Position numbers and translations under genes: made by a program. Positions 37,701-51,056 of a DNA stretch of 64,000 nucleotides are shown one piece after another. The notes under the pieces were generated by a model. The model was not told where the DNA came from. It searched no databases and saw only the letters and a program-made list of their open reading frames with translations. The DNA comes from Paraspadella gotoi. Lineage: Eukaryota; Animalia; Chaetognatha. Location of the stretch: assembly GCA_051294375.1 (NCBI GenBank), contig CM119271.1:7554162-7618161 (forward strand), in the 5' to 3' direction. Every line of letters begins with the position of its first letter. Positions within the stretch are counted from its first letter, which is position 1.

Positions 37701-39138
37701 CGCAGCGGCTCAACCTGCAGCGGCAGCACCGGAACCGACGCCAGCGGCTTCCACCGTCATTCCAGGCGCCGACTCTCTCATCGGCGATCTCTTATCGCTC
37801 GATATCGGCACACCCGCGCCACCGCCGGTGCAAGCCGACACGGTCACCAGCGGCGCCGTGCTCGATTTCCTCGGCGGCGGTAAATTTCATTCAATTTGCT
37901 CATTTCTACATTTTAAAAACTTAATTACTTAATATTATTTTATTTAATGCTTTTTTTTTTTAGGCCTGGACAGCCTCCTTGATGGACCCTCCGCCCCTTC
38001 CCCAATCCCTGGCGGCGCCAACGCCGCTCCGGTCGTTCCACCCATGACCACCGACCCTATGGGAGGTCTCAACGATCTTTTCGGGTTGGCATCTCCTGCC
38101 CCCGGTGCTCTCGTGCCGCCGAAAGCCTGCTGGTTGGCTGCCGCTAAGGGCAAGGGACTTGAAATATGGGGAACTTTCGCGAGGAAGCAGGGACAAGTGA
38201 GTGATGATCGTCCGCTTTAACTCATCGTTCGTTTCAGAAGGCAATATATCTAGTATTCAATCATTCATTTTTTTATCTTTTCTAGATCTACATGGACCTG
38301 ACTCTGACAAACAAGGCCATGCAGCCCTTCAGTAATTTCGCCGTTCAGTTCAACAAAAACAGTTTCGGACTCATCCCCGCCGTCTCGATGAACATCCCCG
38401 CGCCCATCCTGCCCAACGCCTCGACCGACGTCTCTCTGCCCCTCAACACAGTCGGGCCGGTCTTGAAGATGGATCCTCTCACCAATTTGCAGGTAATTGG
38501 AAATTGGAGCTTGATCGAAATTGTTTCATTCGAATCTAACGCCTTTTTTCGCTGGCCGTCAGGTGGCGTTGAAAAACAACGTGGACGTCTTCTATTTTGC
38601 CGCCGTCGTTCCTGGTCACGTCTTCTTCACCGAGGACGGAATGATGGACAAGAAGGTTTTCCTGGCCACTTGGAAAGACATTCCTCCTTCCAACGAGTTC
38701 CAGCAGCAAATCACCAACGTTGGTGGGAGCGTCGGTAAAGTATTTTCAATTCGGAAACATTTCTGTAAAAAAATTTTTGGGTTTAAAAGAATATGTACGT
38801 GTATATAATTACTCCCGTTTTTTTTTGGCAGACACCATTCTTAACAAATTTCAAGCCAACAACGTATTCACTATCGCCAACCGTAACGTCGAAGGCCAAA
38901 CGATGCTCTACCAAAGCGTGAAACTCTCCAACGGCATTTGGGTTCTCTCCGAGCTTAAGATCGCTCCCGAAAATCCTGTTATAACGGTAACGATATGAAT
39001 AATTTTTATTTCCGATGCACCATTTTTTTTTTACCGATTCATATTATTTCTATTTTTTTTTAGCTCTCCTTAAAATCACGGTCCGCGGATGTGGCACCCA
39101 TCGTCGTTCAATCTTTTGAAGCCATTCTTCAGGCTTAA
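34798..39138 (+). CDS. AP1B1: AP-1/AP-2 adaptor complex beta subunit (beta-adaptin), 17 exons
   Basis: [88 protein letters not shown], hinge LIGDLLSLD and appendage QFNKNSFGL. Probably the single invertebrate AP1B1/AP2B1 co-ortholog. Confidence 0.95.
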
Positions 39139-39695
39139 AAACGTGGAATTATGTGTTATTTTACTGCGTATTGGTAATAGATTTATTCGAGATACAGCAG
39201 CCATTCCACATTCGCTTTAAAATCATTATTATTATTATTATTATTACCTATAAAAACTTACATTTCGCCCCCTCCTAACGTTTCTTGTACCAATCTCATT
39301 GTTTGAGATACGCGATCTTTTATTGGTGTTTTGTTTAAGTCTAGTCAAGTGATATTTAGTATAAATTTCCCTCGCTTATATTCTTACTTTTATTTGTTTA
39401 CTGGACCCATCAGAAGATTTTTTGTTGCAATCTTTAATTTCTTACTATTTTAATACTTTAAATTGTAGTTTTAATCAACGAGTTAGTTAGTATTTGGCAA
39501 TAATATTCATAGTCATTAAACTGTTTATAATTCGAAAATGGCACCGAAGAAGCGTTCTTTCTGATGGAAATTTCTAACATTTATTCTCATTGACAGCTGT
39601 CCGAGATACTCGACTTTTACTCGAGTCGAGATCCGGCTAAGAATAAAATTTTAAGAATGCAAAGTTTCCAAAACTAAATCTCGCGAAACTGTGCA

Positions 39696-41336
39696 ATGGA
39701 ATCCTTGGGTCTCGCGGCTCCCCGGCGTAAAACGCGCTATGACATCGACCCTCGTAACAACGCCTGGGCCAACGACGAAAACAAGTTTGGCCAAAAGATG
39801 TTGGAAAAATTCGGTTGGGCCAAAGGTGAGCTCGCGAGGCTTTAATCGTTGAAAATAATGCCAAAATCTATTTTAATAGTCTTTTGACGGTTTCTTCCCC
39901 AGGAAAAGGCCTCGGGGCTCAAGAAGACGGAAACACGGATAACATCAAGGTAAAAGTCAAGAACGACAAACTGGGCGTGGGTTCGGACAACGATTACGCC
40001 GACACCTGGCTCGATCATCAGGACGATTTCAACTCTATCCTCGCCTCGCTCAACACTTCCCACTCGGCACCCGCCAGCGGTGCGGCGTCGCCCAAAGAAC
40101 GGGTAATAATTCCGGTTCTGCTGAAGACAACTGGGTTGAATGCGGGAGAGGCTGAGCTGTTTTTGTTTTTAATTATTAATTAAAGCCCCTTTTTTTTCGT
40201 CAGTCCGAAGAGCCGGTCCAAAGCATGGAAGAACGCTCAAAGTCTTCCAAGGCCCGCGTCCACTACAAAAAGTTCACTCGCGGTAAAGATTTGAAACGAG
40301 CCAACGCCGAAGACATCGACGCCCTGTTCGGTGTCAGAAAAAACTTTGAAAAGAGGTCGAAGCGCTCGAAGAAGGACGCGTTCGTCGCTTCGGAGACGGC
40401 GAGCCGCTCTGCGCCTGTGACCCCGGCTAGTGGTCGTTCGCCGGATAACCGGTAGGGAGGTTTTAGAACTTAAACAAATATACCTTTGTTTTAGAAAGAT
40501 AGTTTTTTCAATTCTAATCGGAAATTGAATTCGTGTACGTGCATTTTTAATTTTTTTTATCAATTAAATAAGCTTTTTTAACCTGTTTATTAACTAGTGA
40601 TAACGACCAGGATCGAGAATACGACACGGACGGAAATCTTCGTACCATCACGAATGTCCTCAGTGTCGCCGAATACTTCGCCCAGAAGATGGCGGCTCTT
40701 AAAGCCAAGAGCGGCGGCGTCTCGGCGCCAGTCGAAACCTTTTGCAAAAACGCCGCCGCCGCCGCCAGCGAAACGAAGGATAAAGCGTCGCGTGAGGACG
40801 AGGACGAGGACGCGCCCGAAGCCCACGCCCAGGAAAAATACGTGACGAGCGCCATCTCTCTGCAAGAATACTTTAAGAAAAAGATGGAGGAGAAGAATAA
40901 AGCGGGAAAGATGGAGAACAACAACGACGAATCCATCTATGGACAAACAGAAAAGAAAATTGGAAAAAAGAAGAAAAAGCAGAAAATGTCTCTTGACCTG
41001 ACGAACCCCACGGAAAATTGCGACGTAGAAGCGCCGAAGAAAAAGAATAGGAAGAAGAAGAAAAAGTTGAAGATGCCAAACGATGAGAGGATGCCCGAAG
41101 ATAACGTCATGGCCCCGATTGAAAGTGTGGCTAAAAAGAAGAAAAGGAAAAGAGATATGGCGAATATTGGAGATAAAGATGATTCCGGCGTTGTCGATGA
41201 TTCGCCCACGGACAGCGAAGCAAAATTGTCTAAGGCCAAGCGAAAAAAACGAAAAGAAAAACTCGACCAGTCTACGAATGAGGAAGAATACGCAAAGGAG
41301 GACGGACAAAAAAAGAAAAAGAAAAAACTTGACTAA
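39696..41336 (+). CDS. PINX1: PinX1/Gno1 G-patch protein; exons 39696-39825, 39903-40101, 40204-40451, 40598-41336
   Basis: [98 protein letters not shown] and a KKE-rich tail. Confidence 0.9.
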
Positions 41337-41487
41337 AAACTTTTCAGATCGTTGTTGTTGTTGTTTTAGCAGCTTAATTATTTTTTTGTTCCAGCGTTGA
41401 CTTTTTGATAACAATTTATTCATTAATTTTTTTTTAACTCTTCCCCCTCAAGTTTAAATTTTTGAGAAAAAAGGAAAACCGACAAAA

Positions 41488-42048
<561 letters not shown>

Positions 42049-42231
42049 GAATTAAACTTCGGCGGTGGGGCAGGGAGAATCATCGGCCAACCGTTTGTCG
42101 CTATTTTTGATCGTTTATTTTGAAAAAGAAAAAAAATAAATATTCTAGTTTAAAAATTTATTTTCGAATTTTGAAGCCTAAACCTTGTTTTCCATTCGTA
42201 TCGAAGATGAGCTTGGACGCGACTGTCAATA

Positions 42232-45150
42232 ATGACTCGACAAGAAACTCGATCGAACGAAGTAGTTCACATCGGAAGCGGACTCGACTCTTTGGAACGC
42301 TTCGAGATTCCCCACCACGTGCAAAGTGTTAATCTCCATGGCAACGCGTTGAAACGGATCCAGGGCCTCTCCACCGTCGCTTTGGGTCAAAATTTGCGAA
42401 TCTTGGATCTTTCCGGAAACTCGATACAAGTCGTCGAAGGATTGGAAGCCTTGGTCAATTTGAGATGTCTCAACTTGGCCGCCAACGGCATAGCGCGAAT
42501 CGGCCCAGGACTCGCCAATATGCGGGTTTTGGAAACTCTCAATTTGTCCTACAATCGTCTGGAAAGTCTCGACGGACTTGAATGTTTCGCTCAGCCTCGT
42601 TGGAGGCTGAGATCTTTATTTCTCCACGGGAATCGTGTTCACGATGTCGACGAGGTTTGCCGCGTCATCGGAGCCGTGGCGACTCTCAGGACGTTGACCT
42701 TTAAAGCGGAGGAAGCGACGAACCCCGTCTGTCGAAATCCACGTTATCCCACTATCTTGTGGACAGCGGCGCCAGGTATAGTTTCTCTCGATGGGAAAAA
42801 CTACGAAGGGGCAGATGTGACGAGAGACGGCGCCGGTCCGGAGCGGGTCGAAATCGAAGGCCTCTTAGAATTCTTGACCTCCGAAGACTCGGAAACCGAG
42901 TTGGATTATTCTTCGCCGCAGCTCCATTCTGTAACTGAAGATACTCTCAGCACCACTTCCGAAAGTCAGACCAACCTAGTACGGTCCGCCTACCCTCGCA
43001 TAGAAGCCGCTCTGTCTCAATTCCGCAAGCAGGTAGATTTTCGAGACGAGGAAGAGATTGACCGCCTGCCGAGTCGGGAACGCAGAATCGAGCCCCCGGC
43101 GAGCGAGAGACCTCGAACGCCTGATGCCAGTCAGATGGACAGATTGGAAAACGTTGAACAACAGTTGCAAAAGCTGTTGGAAATACGTCAATCTCCGGAT
43201 GCAACCTCAATTAAAAACGCTGATGAAGGTACTCAAACATTGGCGGCGAAAGAAGAAGGAACACAAACGGAGATGGCAACCGTTTGCGGGCCCGAGGGAA
43301 AAGAACGGGAAAAGAACTTGACAGAAAAAGAGGAAAAAAACGACAAAGGCGACGACTACCTGCGCAATCTGCTCTCGCAATTGGACGAAGAGCGGGAGAA
43401 ACGATGGACGGTGCAGCAACAATGTGACGCGCTCGTCGGACGCCTCAATGAAGTCGAAGAGAAACGGAGCGAGGAGCGCAAGCAGATCGAAGGGGCTTTG
43501 AGCCTCGTCCGTCGATTGCAGCAACGCTTAACTTCTGGCAAGGCCGCCCAGGAGGAGTTGGAAACAAAGCTGGAAAGCGTCACCGTCGCCAAGGAAAAGG
43601 CAGAGAGGGAGACGAAGCTGGGAAAGCAGAGGGAGACGGCTCTGCAGCGGCTACTGAGGGAAAACGAGGAGCGGACGAGCAAAAAGATTTCCGAACTGGA
43701 AGAAAAAGTTGTCATTCTTGAGACGGATCTGGACGACGCCACGAAACGAGAGAGGATCGCGTTGAAAGAAGGGCAGATATTTAAAAGCCAGGCGGAGCAA
43801 TTTAAGTCGCTCATCGCCGATAAGGAAAAGGATCACCAAGAAGCTTTAAAGGGAAAGTATTCCATCGGGAGTTTTGAAATTCAAACTCTTTTAACAAAAG
43901 AGGGCGATAGAATTTCAGACATGTACAAGACCCAGGTGGAATCCTGGCGCTCAAAATACGAGGAGCTGGAGGACGAGTTTAGGTTGGCTCTGCATCTCGA
44001 AGCTGAACGGTTTAACAATTTAGAAGCCGAAACAGAAAAGCTCAAGTCGGATAACGTCGGATTAAATTCGCAACTCGCCGAGTTGACGACGCGCGAGGCG
44101 AGAGCTTCCGCCTTGGTCAAAGAACTCTCCGAATTAGCCAAAGATCAAAAAGTAAAAATGACAGAGATGCTGAAATCAAATCAAAACGCCATAGCAGCCG
44201 TCAAGAAACGCGCCGAGATAGCCGAATCGGCTTTAGCGGCCGCCAGGGAACGCCTCCACGCCATGGAAGACTTGGCGCGAGCCAAGTCCGATCTGGAAAC
44301 GAAATACGCTGCTCTTGAAAATCTGGTTAAAAACATTCAAGCTGAAAAAGAACTTTGGAGCTCCGAATTGGCACAACAGGGGGCGGCGCTGTCGCAAGAC
44401 CGAGGAAGGCTCGAAGCAAAAGCCGAGGCGCTTTCCGCCGAAGTCGTCAGCCTTAAAAAGCAGCTCGAACGCGATACCGACGCGTTGAGGATTAAGGCCA
44501 AAGTCATCGACGATCAGACGGAAACGATTAAGAAACTTAAGGAGGGTCTTGTCGAAAAGGATCAGAGTATGAAGGAAGTAAACGAGCGGCGCTTGGCGGA
44601 CGAAAAGGAACTAAAATTAACCGCCGAAAACGAGGCGCGCCTGAGGATGGAAGCCGAAGAAACCGTGGAGTATTTGGAGCGACGAAAGGAGGAGCTGAAG
44701 CTCGGCCTCGCCGCCAAACAACGTGAGATGGTTGAACTCAAATCCAATCATCAAAATTTGGTGGAAAAATGGAAGGAGAGAACGAGGCTCATCGATGGAT
44801 TGGAGAAGAAGGTAGTTGAGATGAAGAGGTCTTGGGACGAGAAAGAGGCCAAGTTGACTCAGGACCTCAACGCGGCTGTGCGGGAGCGCGACGAGACGCG
44901 CGGGCAGGCGGCCGCCATCGACGACGCTTTCCGCGCGCAGTTGGATCAGGCCCAGGCGGCTCACATCCGCGCCTTAAAGGCTCTCGAGGCCGAGAAGGAC
45001 CGCGAGATCGAGGAGGCGAACGAGAGGCTGGCCGCCGTCGAAGACGAGATGCGCAGCATCCTGCAGGAGGCGACCGAGGAAAGGTCGCGGATGGATCTCA
45101 AAATAAGGAAACTAACCAACGCCTTTGTTGAATTGCAGCAGCCTCTTTGA
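42232..45150 (+). CDS. LRRCC1: Leucine-rich repeat and coiled-coil centrosomal protein, intronless
   Basis: N-terminal SDS22-like LRRs with LRRcap (NPVC), then a long coiled coil with [48 protein letters not shown] and VEDEMR. Confidence 0.85.
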   Translation: MTRQETRSNEVVHIGSGLDSLERFEIPHHVQSVNLHGNALKRIQGLSTVALGQNLRILDLSGNSIQVVEGLEALVNLRCLNLAANGIARIGPGLANMRVLETLNLSYNRLESLDGLECFAQPRWRLRSLFLHGNRVHDVDEVCRVIGAVATLRTLTFKAEEATNPVCRNPRYPTILWTAAPGIVSLDGKNYEGADVTRDGAGPERVEIEGLLEFLTSEDSETELDYSSPQLHSVTEDTLSTTSESQTNLVRSAYPRIEAALSQFRKQVDFRDEEEIDRLPSRERRIEPPASERPRTPDASQMDRLENVEQQLQKLLEIRQSPDATSIKNADEGTQTLAAKEEGTQTEMATVCGPEGKEREKNLTEKEEKNDKGDDYLRNLLSQLDEEREKRWTVQQQCDALVGRLNEVEEKRSEERKQIEGALSLVRRLQQRLTSGKAAQEELETKLESVTVAKEKAERETKLGKQRETALQRLLRENEERTSKKISELEEKVVILETDLDDATKRERIALKEGQIFKSQAEQFKSLIADKEKDHQEALKGKYSIGSFEIQTLLTKEGDRISDMYKTQVESWRSKYEELEDEFRLALHLEAERFNNLEAETEKLKSDNVGLNSQLAELTTREARASALVKELSELAKDQKVKMTEMLKSNQNAIAAVKKRAEIAESALAAARERLHAMEDLARAKSDLETKYAALENLVKNIQAEKELWSSELAQQGAALSQDRGRLEAKAEALSAEVVSLKKQLERDTDALRIKAKVIDDQTETIKKLKEGLVEKDQSMKEVNERRLADEKELKLTAENEARLRMEAEETVEYLERRKEELKLGLAAKQREMVELKSNHQNLVEKWKERTRLIDGLEKKVVEMKRSWDEKEAKLTQDLNAAVRERDETRGQAAAIDDAFRAQLDQAQAAHIRALKALEAEKDREIEEANERLAAVEDEMRSILQEATEERSRMDLKIRKLTNAFVELQQPL

Positions 45151-45251
45151 AGACCTTTAATTCGTTTTCGTTATTGCTGTTTGTTTTTCCGTCTATTAAT
45201 GTTTTTATTGAGTTGTCATATTTTAAAATTTTATTTATACACTTAGTAAAC

Positions 45252-48176
45252 ATGGAAAACCCTGTGATAGACCGAAGTTTTATCAACGAATTTAACACAG
45301 ACAGTAATCTTTCCTTTGCCTCCAATGCGTCTGCGGATGCCGGCGACAACGCCACAGAGTCTGGGACGTCTACGCCGGCCCGATCGCAGAAGAAGAAGGC
45401 GGCGAGGAAAAAAGGCGAGCTGGAGACCCTGGGCATCGTGACTTCAAATCTTCAGGGCGCCGCCGACGATCTCGCCACCGACGTCGTCTTCCCCGCAGAA
45501 AATCTTTTCGAGTACCAGTGGCCGCAGGAGAAGGGTGCTGAGCACTGGATGCTGCAGGAGCAGGTCTCCGAGTTTCTCGGCGTCAGTAGCTTCAAGCGGA
45601 AGCATCCGGAGATCGTGAGAAGGAACGTTGACGTGTTAGAACGCGATCATTTGCGAGAGAACGGAGTCGTCACGGAGATGCAGTGCGATCTTGGATTGAC
45701 GGCTTTGCGCAGCGCCGAAGTTATGGATCTCATGGCCGTCGACTACGTCGATAAGTGAGAAAGGGGAAAACTGATCTCTGAAGTAAAAAAAGAAACAAGT
45801 CGGTTTTTTAATGGCTTGTAGTTTTACCCCCGCAGATACGAGGAGTATGTAAAGGTCCTCCACGAGAGGGAGAAACAGAGCATGAAGAATCAGCGTCTTG
45901 AGTACAAGATTCCTCAAGTCGACAAAGGAGAGTTAAAGCGATTCACCCGAAAGGCCATGCGCAGTTGCTCCGAGTTTAATTCCATGTTCCAGCGTGAGCG
46001 GCGGGAAGAGCGCTGCGCTTATTTCGATATGCAAACCATGAACATTCATTATCCCAAGCAACGGTACAAAGTTTTGCCGCCCGAAATGACCAAACCGGGT
46101 AAGTTTAGTTCCCGTCAATTTGTTTTAAAATCTCTTTTTCAGTTATTAATTTATTATTTTATTTTTCTATTTTCTTATAGGATTGTACCCAGTCGCCCTT
46201 CTCCCCGGCCAGTATCAAAACTATTACAAGAAGTTTAACACGGAAGAGCTCAAATATCTCCCCATAGGCACCGTCATGCATCATCCTCCGCGCATCGTCG
46301 GCTCAAAATGGCAGGTTAACTGACAAAGCTGGTTACATCGAGTTACGAGACATACAAATATTTTTTTGGTTTAAATAACGAATAACGAACACATACTTCC
46401 TTGTCAGGATCCGAGCCTCGTGGAGAAGTATTCGGACGACGAGGAGGATCAAATGGTTTCAGATGATAACGGATCCGAAGACGGAAAATCTGGTCCGTTT
46501 CGCGCATTAATTTGTTTCATAAATAATACAAAATAATATTATAAAATTTCGCAATTATCGTTTTTGAAACGTAGGAAGCGAAGTGGAAGAGTCGCCAAAG
46601 TCAAGCGGAAAAAAATCGTTGAAACGAAAGTTGGACAATTCGATCGAGTTCGATCCTCCGCCTAAGGAACCATGCGACATTTGCAAGAAGCGGGCCATCG
46701 GTAATTTAAGAATTGGATGTACAAAAATGTAAATTATATATGCCACAAGGTTGATTCAGTACATTCATCATCAACAAACATAGACTAAGTCTTAGCAAAC
46801 GAAAACATAATAAAATAGAGAAAAAAAACCATTTAATTAAATAAAATTAATACGTATTACGTAAACAATTAAAAATTGTTCTTATGTTGTAAAAAACGGA
46901 ACAATTATGAAATTATTTATAATCATTTCTTGTTTTTCCTTGACGCTAAGTGTTTTATAATTCGTCCTCCAGGTTTCGGTCCTTTGCCCAACGGACAACG
47001 AGTCTCCAAAAAGATGGCCGGCATGCGAGAACTCCTTTCCTGCACAGTCTGCAAGAAACGCGCTCATCCGTGGTGCTGGGAGATGACCATCCAGATGGCC
47101 AAGGTGGTCAAGAACTACGACTGGCAGTGCATGGAGTGCAAAACCTGCGTCACTTGTTCCGATCCTAACGACGAGGAAAAGATGATGTTTTGCGATCTCT
47201 GCGACCGTGGATATCACAGCTTCTGCGTCGGACTTAGCGTAAGTTATAGTAGGCATTTCAGCTTATATATTTAATAATTATTTATTATTATTTACTAATT
47301 TATAATGGGATTTTAAAAATTTCAAATTCGAAAACCTTACACAGGACATTCCACTCGGGAAATGGGAGTGCCCTCGATGCAACGAAGCCGCGGTTGCTGC
47401 CGCAGATGCTGCTGCTTCAGCAGTAGTTTCCGACGAAGACGATCAAAACTCTCCCCCTGCCCGCCCGCTGACCGGACGCGGCAGCCGCGGTCCTCGAAGG
47501 CCACGAGGAGGCAGGCCTCCCCGGGGTGAAGGACGAGGTCGTGGAACGCCGCGGGGATCTAGGAGAGCTTCGAAGACTGGAACTCCTCGTGGGTCATCAA
47601 GGGGTTTAACGAGAGGCGTTCGAGGTTAGAATCTATAAAAAAAATCTATCTCGGAAATTTTAAAAATCTAGACCCTCTTTATTTTCCCTTTTAGGGCAAA
47701 CTCCCCGCGGTCGAGGCTCGCGGGGCGGTCGCGTCTCAACACCCCGCGGACGCGGTCGCGGCAGAGGACGACCCCGTTCGTCCGCCGCCGCGGCGATGTC
47801 GTCCGACGCCCTCGACGACCTTCAGGCAGCCATCGACGCCGTCGCCGCCGGAGGCACTGCAAATGACGAGGAAGTCGACGATGGAGCCAACGAAAGCAAC
47901 AGCGCCGAAGAGATGGAATCGTCGGGCGAAGACAGAACTCCACCCCCGGTTCCAGTTTCCCTCATCCGAGTCAACGCCGTCGCGGGAGAGGAGGAGGAGG
48001 AGGAGGCGGGAGCACCCGACGAGAGGGAGCCGGGGTCTGAACCGGAGCCTGAGGACGTGGAAGGAGGCGACGAGGAGGAGTTGGAAGAGGAGGATATGGA
48101 GGAGGTGGGTGATGTACAGGACGACGAGGAAGAACCGATGGAAGATCCCGAAGAGGCTGATGAAGAAGTTAATTAG
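45252..48176 (+). CDS. PHF10: PHD finger protein 10 (BAF45a, PBAF subunit)
   Basis: SAY domain [63 protein letters not shown], and a double PHD finger ([40 protein letters not shown]). Confidence 0.9.
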
Positions 48177-48551
48177 TTAATTAGTCATCATTTTATGTTT
48201 TTAATCAATGTGCCATCAACTAATTTACACCGCGTTGTTACTTTTCGAGCTATTTCTCATTGACATTCATTGATGCCTTCTCTTTTTTTTAGTTTAGGTT
48301 AAGTTTTTTTTCTAAACTCGAGGGGAGACCCCATCTGTTTCCCCGCCAGTTTTCCCACGTCGAAGATGTAGATTTTAGAACAAAACAAAAGTTGAGTCGA
48401 TTCTCGGCTAAAAAGAAAGGAAAAAAGGCGGAGTTGTCAAGCCTCGCCTCGCTCCCTTCTTTCCCCCTATTCCGCCCTATTCTCCCCCCTACCTGGCTCC
48501 CTTCTTTCCCCTTTTTCTCGCCCCTCCCCTCCATTCCGCCCAGCCGCCGCG

Positions 48552-49868
48552 ATGCTACGTTGGACTGTGAGGCTGGAAGGAGGCCCTCGCCGGGTCAACC
48601 ACGCCGCCGTCGCCATTGGCGAAAAGATCTACAGCTTCGGAGGTTATTGCACGGGCGAAGATTACGAGACGACGCGCCCGATCGACGTGCACGTGCTCGA
48701 CACCGTTACCTACCGGTGGAGCATCGTGAGCGTGACTATTGGCCATGGTTGGACTCGAGTCATGCCCTACCAGCGATACGGTCACACCTGCGTCGCCTGG
48801 GACGAGCGGGCTTACGTCTGGGGCGGACGCAACGATCGCGATGGTGCCTGTAACGTTCTTTTCCGATTTGACCCTGCCGAGCGTCGATGGCATCGACCGG
48901 AAGTATCTGGCCACATTCCCGGCGCCCGTGACGGTCATTCCGCCTGCGTTGTCCGAGACGCCATGTTTGTCTTCGGCGGGTACGAAGAAGAAGAAGATCG
49001 CTTCTCCAACGACGTCCACCAATTCGACTTCTTGTTGAGCACTTGGACGCTGATTGTGGTCTCGGGCACGCCTGCGTCATGGCGCGACTTTCACTCTGCC
49101 ACGCCCGTCGCTGACCGTTACATGATCGTTTTTGGCGGCCGCTCCGACTACGGCGCCCCCTTTCACACGAATCACGAATTTTACTGCCGAAAGATCCACG
49201 TCTTCGACACGATGGCCAAACGGTGGTCGCAACCGCGTTCCATCGGCGAAGGACCCGCCGGGCGTCGCTCCCACTCAGCATTCGTGCACAACGACTTGCT
49301 TTACGTCTTTGGAGGCTACAACGGCAACGAGGATCGGCACTATGCCGATCTCTGGTGCCTCGACCCCCACGATTTTCGGTGGACCAAGTTGGATCCACGC
49401 GGCGGCGCCAGCGCCGTGCTGCCCCGGCGGCGATCGCCGAGCCGTTCGCCGCTTCCCGACCATCCGCCCGTAGAGCCCAACCTAGAAGTCCCGAGAGGCG
49501 AGGACGGGGAGCCGGTGGCGGTCGAAGCTGCTCCTCAGCAGGCTCCCATCGAAGGCCATGCCCAGTGGATCGCCGGACGAGCTCCCTGCGCCAGGCGCAG
49601 ACAGTGCTGCTGCGTCGTCAAAAACAGCGTGATCCTCTTCGGCGGAACCTCGCCGGCGGCGGAACCCATGGAGGATTCCGAGTTCAATCTCATGGATCAC
49701 TCCGACCTTTACGTTTTGGACTTTTATCCCTCTCTGAAGACCCTTTGTCTCATCGCCGTCGTTGACCACAAGCTCGACACCACTCTCCTACCCAGAGATT
49801 TGCAGTGGGAAATTCTCTCCATGACGACCAACTCCAACATAAGTCGACCGCTTGCCAATAATGGATAA
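48552..49868 (+). CDS. KLHDC3: Kelch domain-containing protein 3 (CRL2 substrate receptor), intronless
   Basis: MLRWTVRLEGGPRRVNHAAV, YSFGGYCTGEDYETTRPIDVH, PGARDGHSAC, WRDFHSA, PCARRRQCC, DHSDLYVLDFYPSLKTLC (BC box) and MTTNSNISRP. Confidence 0.95.
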   Translation: MLRWTVRLEGGPRRVNHAAVAIGEKIYSFGGYCTGEDYETTRPIDVHVLDTVTYRWSIVSVTIGHGWTRVMPYQRYGHTCVAWDERAYVWGGRNDRDGACNVLFRFDPAERRWHRPEVSGHIPGARDGHSACVVRDAMFVFGGYEEEEDRFSNDVHQFDFLLSTWTLIVVSGTPASWRDFHSATPVADRYMIVFGGRSDYGAPFHTNHEFYCRKIHVFDTMAKRWSQPRSIGEGPAGRRSHSAFVHNDLLYVFGGYNGNEDRHYADLWCLDPHDFRWTKLDPRGGASAVLPRRRSPSRSPLPDHPPVEPNLEVPRGEDGEPVAVEAAPQQAPIEGHAQWIAGRAPCARRRQCCCVVKNSVILFGGTSPAAEPMEDSEFNLMDHSDLYVLDFYPSLKTLCLIAVVDHKLDTTLLPRDLQWEILSMTTNSNISRPLANNG

Positions 49869-50593
49869 GCAATGACATACGGCTATTGTTCATTTCCACG
49901 GAGCGGACTGGTTCTCCTTGAGATGAAAATCGCTTAGAGATATAAACAAATTGGTTGTGATTTGCTTCTGTGGCGAGTTGGCTTGGGGAGTGATTCTAAA
50001 GAAATTTAGTTAGCGCGCCCTATCATTAAAGTATTCATTTTGAAACATGCTCTTGCTTCGGAGAAATCTGTTCATGGATGTTTTTTTTTTTTTTTTTGAT
50101 AACCTAGTTTTTAGTGATGGGCGATATAAATTGTGTAACCCTCAAGTAATAGGATTATTTTTTACTCTATACTTACCCGCATTTGAACCACGTCTGCATC
50201 ATCTCATAATGATTTGAGTCACACTTTACCCGCATCTAAGTTTGTGACCTTTCCAATGCGATTTTATCATGAATTTATAATTTATTTTTTAGTTGAAAAA
50301 ATTTAGACTTAAAAAAGTTTTAGGAGACATTTCGATCGATTTCTTCTTTACGTGATGACGCTACGAGTGGCCTTACTTGAAGGTGGAAAAACATAAGAAA
50401 AACCCTGTTGACGCTCCGGAAGTTTTTTTACTCCTGGATTTTTTTTATGTATTCCTCTTGGATTTTTTGATGGTAGATGACTTTAAACCATTCGGGTTTC
50501 GGTCGTACTATGGTATTTAGTTTGTTTTTATAATAACTGTTAAGTGTGTTCGAAAAATAAAGGAATATAATTTTCGCAGTTTCGGGCTAAATA

Positions 50594-51056
50594 ATGCCGA
50601 TGTTAACAGTAAAAACGAACGCATCGTTAAGCGACAACTCCCTCTTTGAGGCGCTGAACGATCTTGTGGCAAAGCATACGGGAAAACCCAAGTCTAAAAT
50701 TTGCGTCGTGATTGAAGACATGACAAGGATGGAGTTTGGGGGAACGTCGGATCTCTGTGCCATCGTTTGTTTAGGCAATTTTTTGTTTTATTTATTAGTC
50801 GAACATTTTCGTTATACGTAGGAAACTTTTTATGTTTATACTTTCCCAGACCTTTTGTAATGACATGAGGAAAGCTCAAGCGTTGCTTGTTTCTATCATA
50901 GAATCGATTGGTGGTGTCAATGGAATGCAGCTTTCAATCGCCCAAGATTTGATGAGTCTCTTAAAAAGTCACGACATCTCTCCAGATAAAACTTTTGTCA
51001 AATTCGTGGATCTCGCAGCCAAGGATGTCGGCCACGACATGAAAACATATGGCTAG
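50594..51056 (+). CDS. MIF: MIF / D-dopachrome tautomerase family protein, two exons
   Basis: N-terminal Met-Pro, KTN, TGKP, MEFGGTSDLCA, ESIGG, ISPDKTFVKFVDL...DVG. The intron junction is ambiguous (see findings). Confidence 0.8.

Noticed and set aside
50352-50415. Box C (GTGATGA) snoRNA candidate upstream of MIF
   Set aside because: Only TTGA boxes follow, the terminal stem is minimal and I recognise no rRNA antisense guide.
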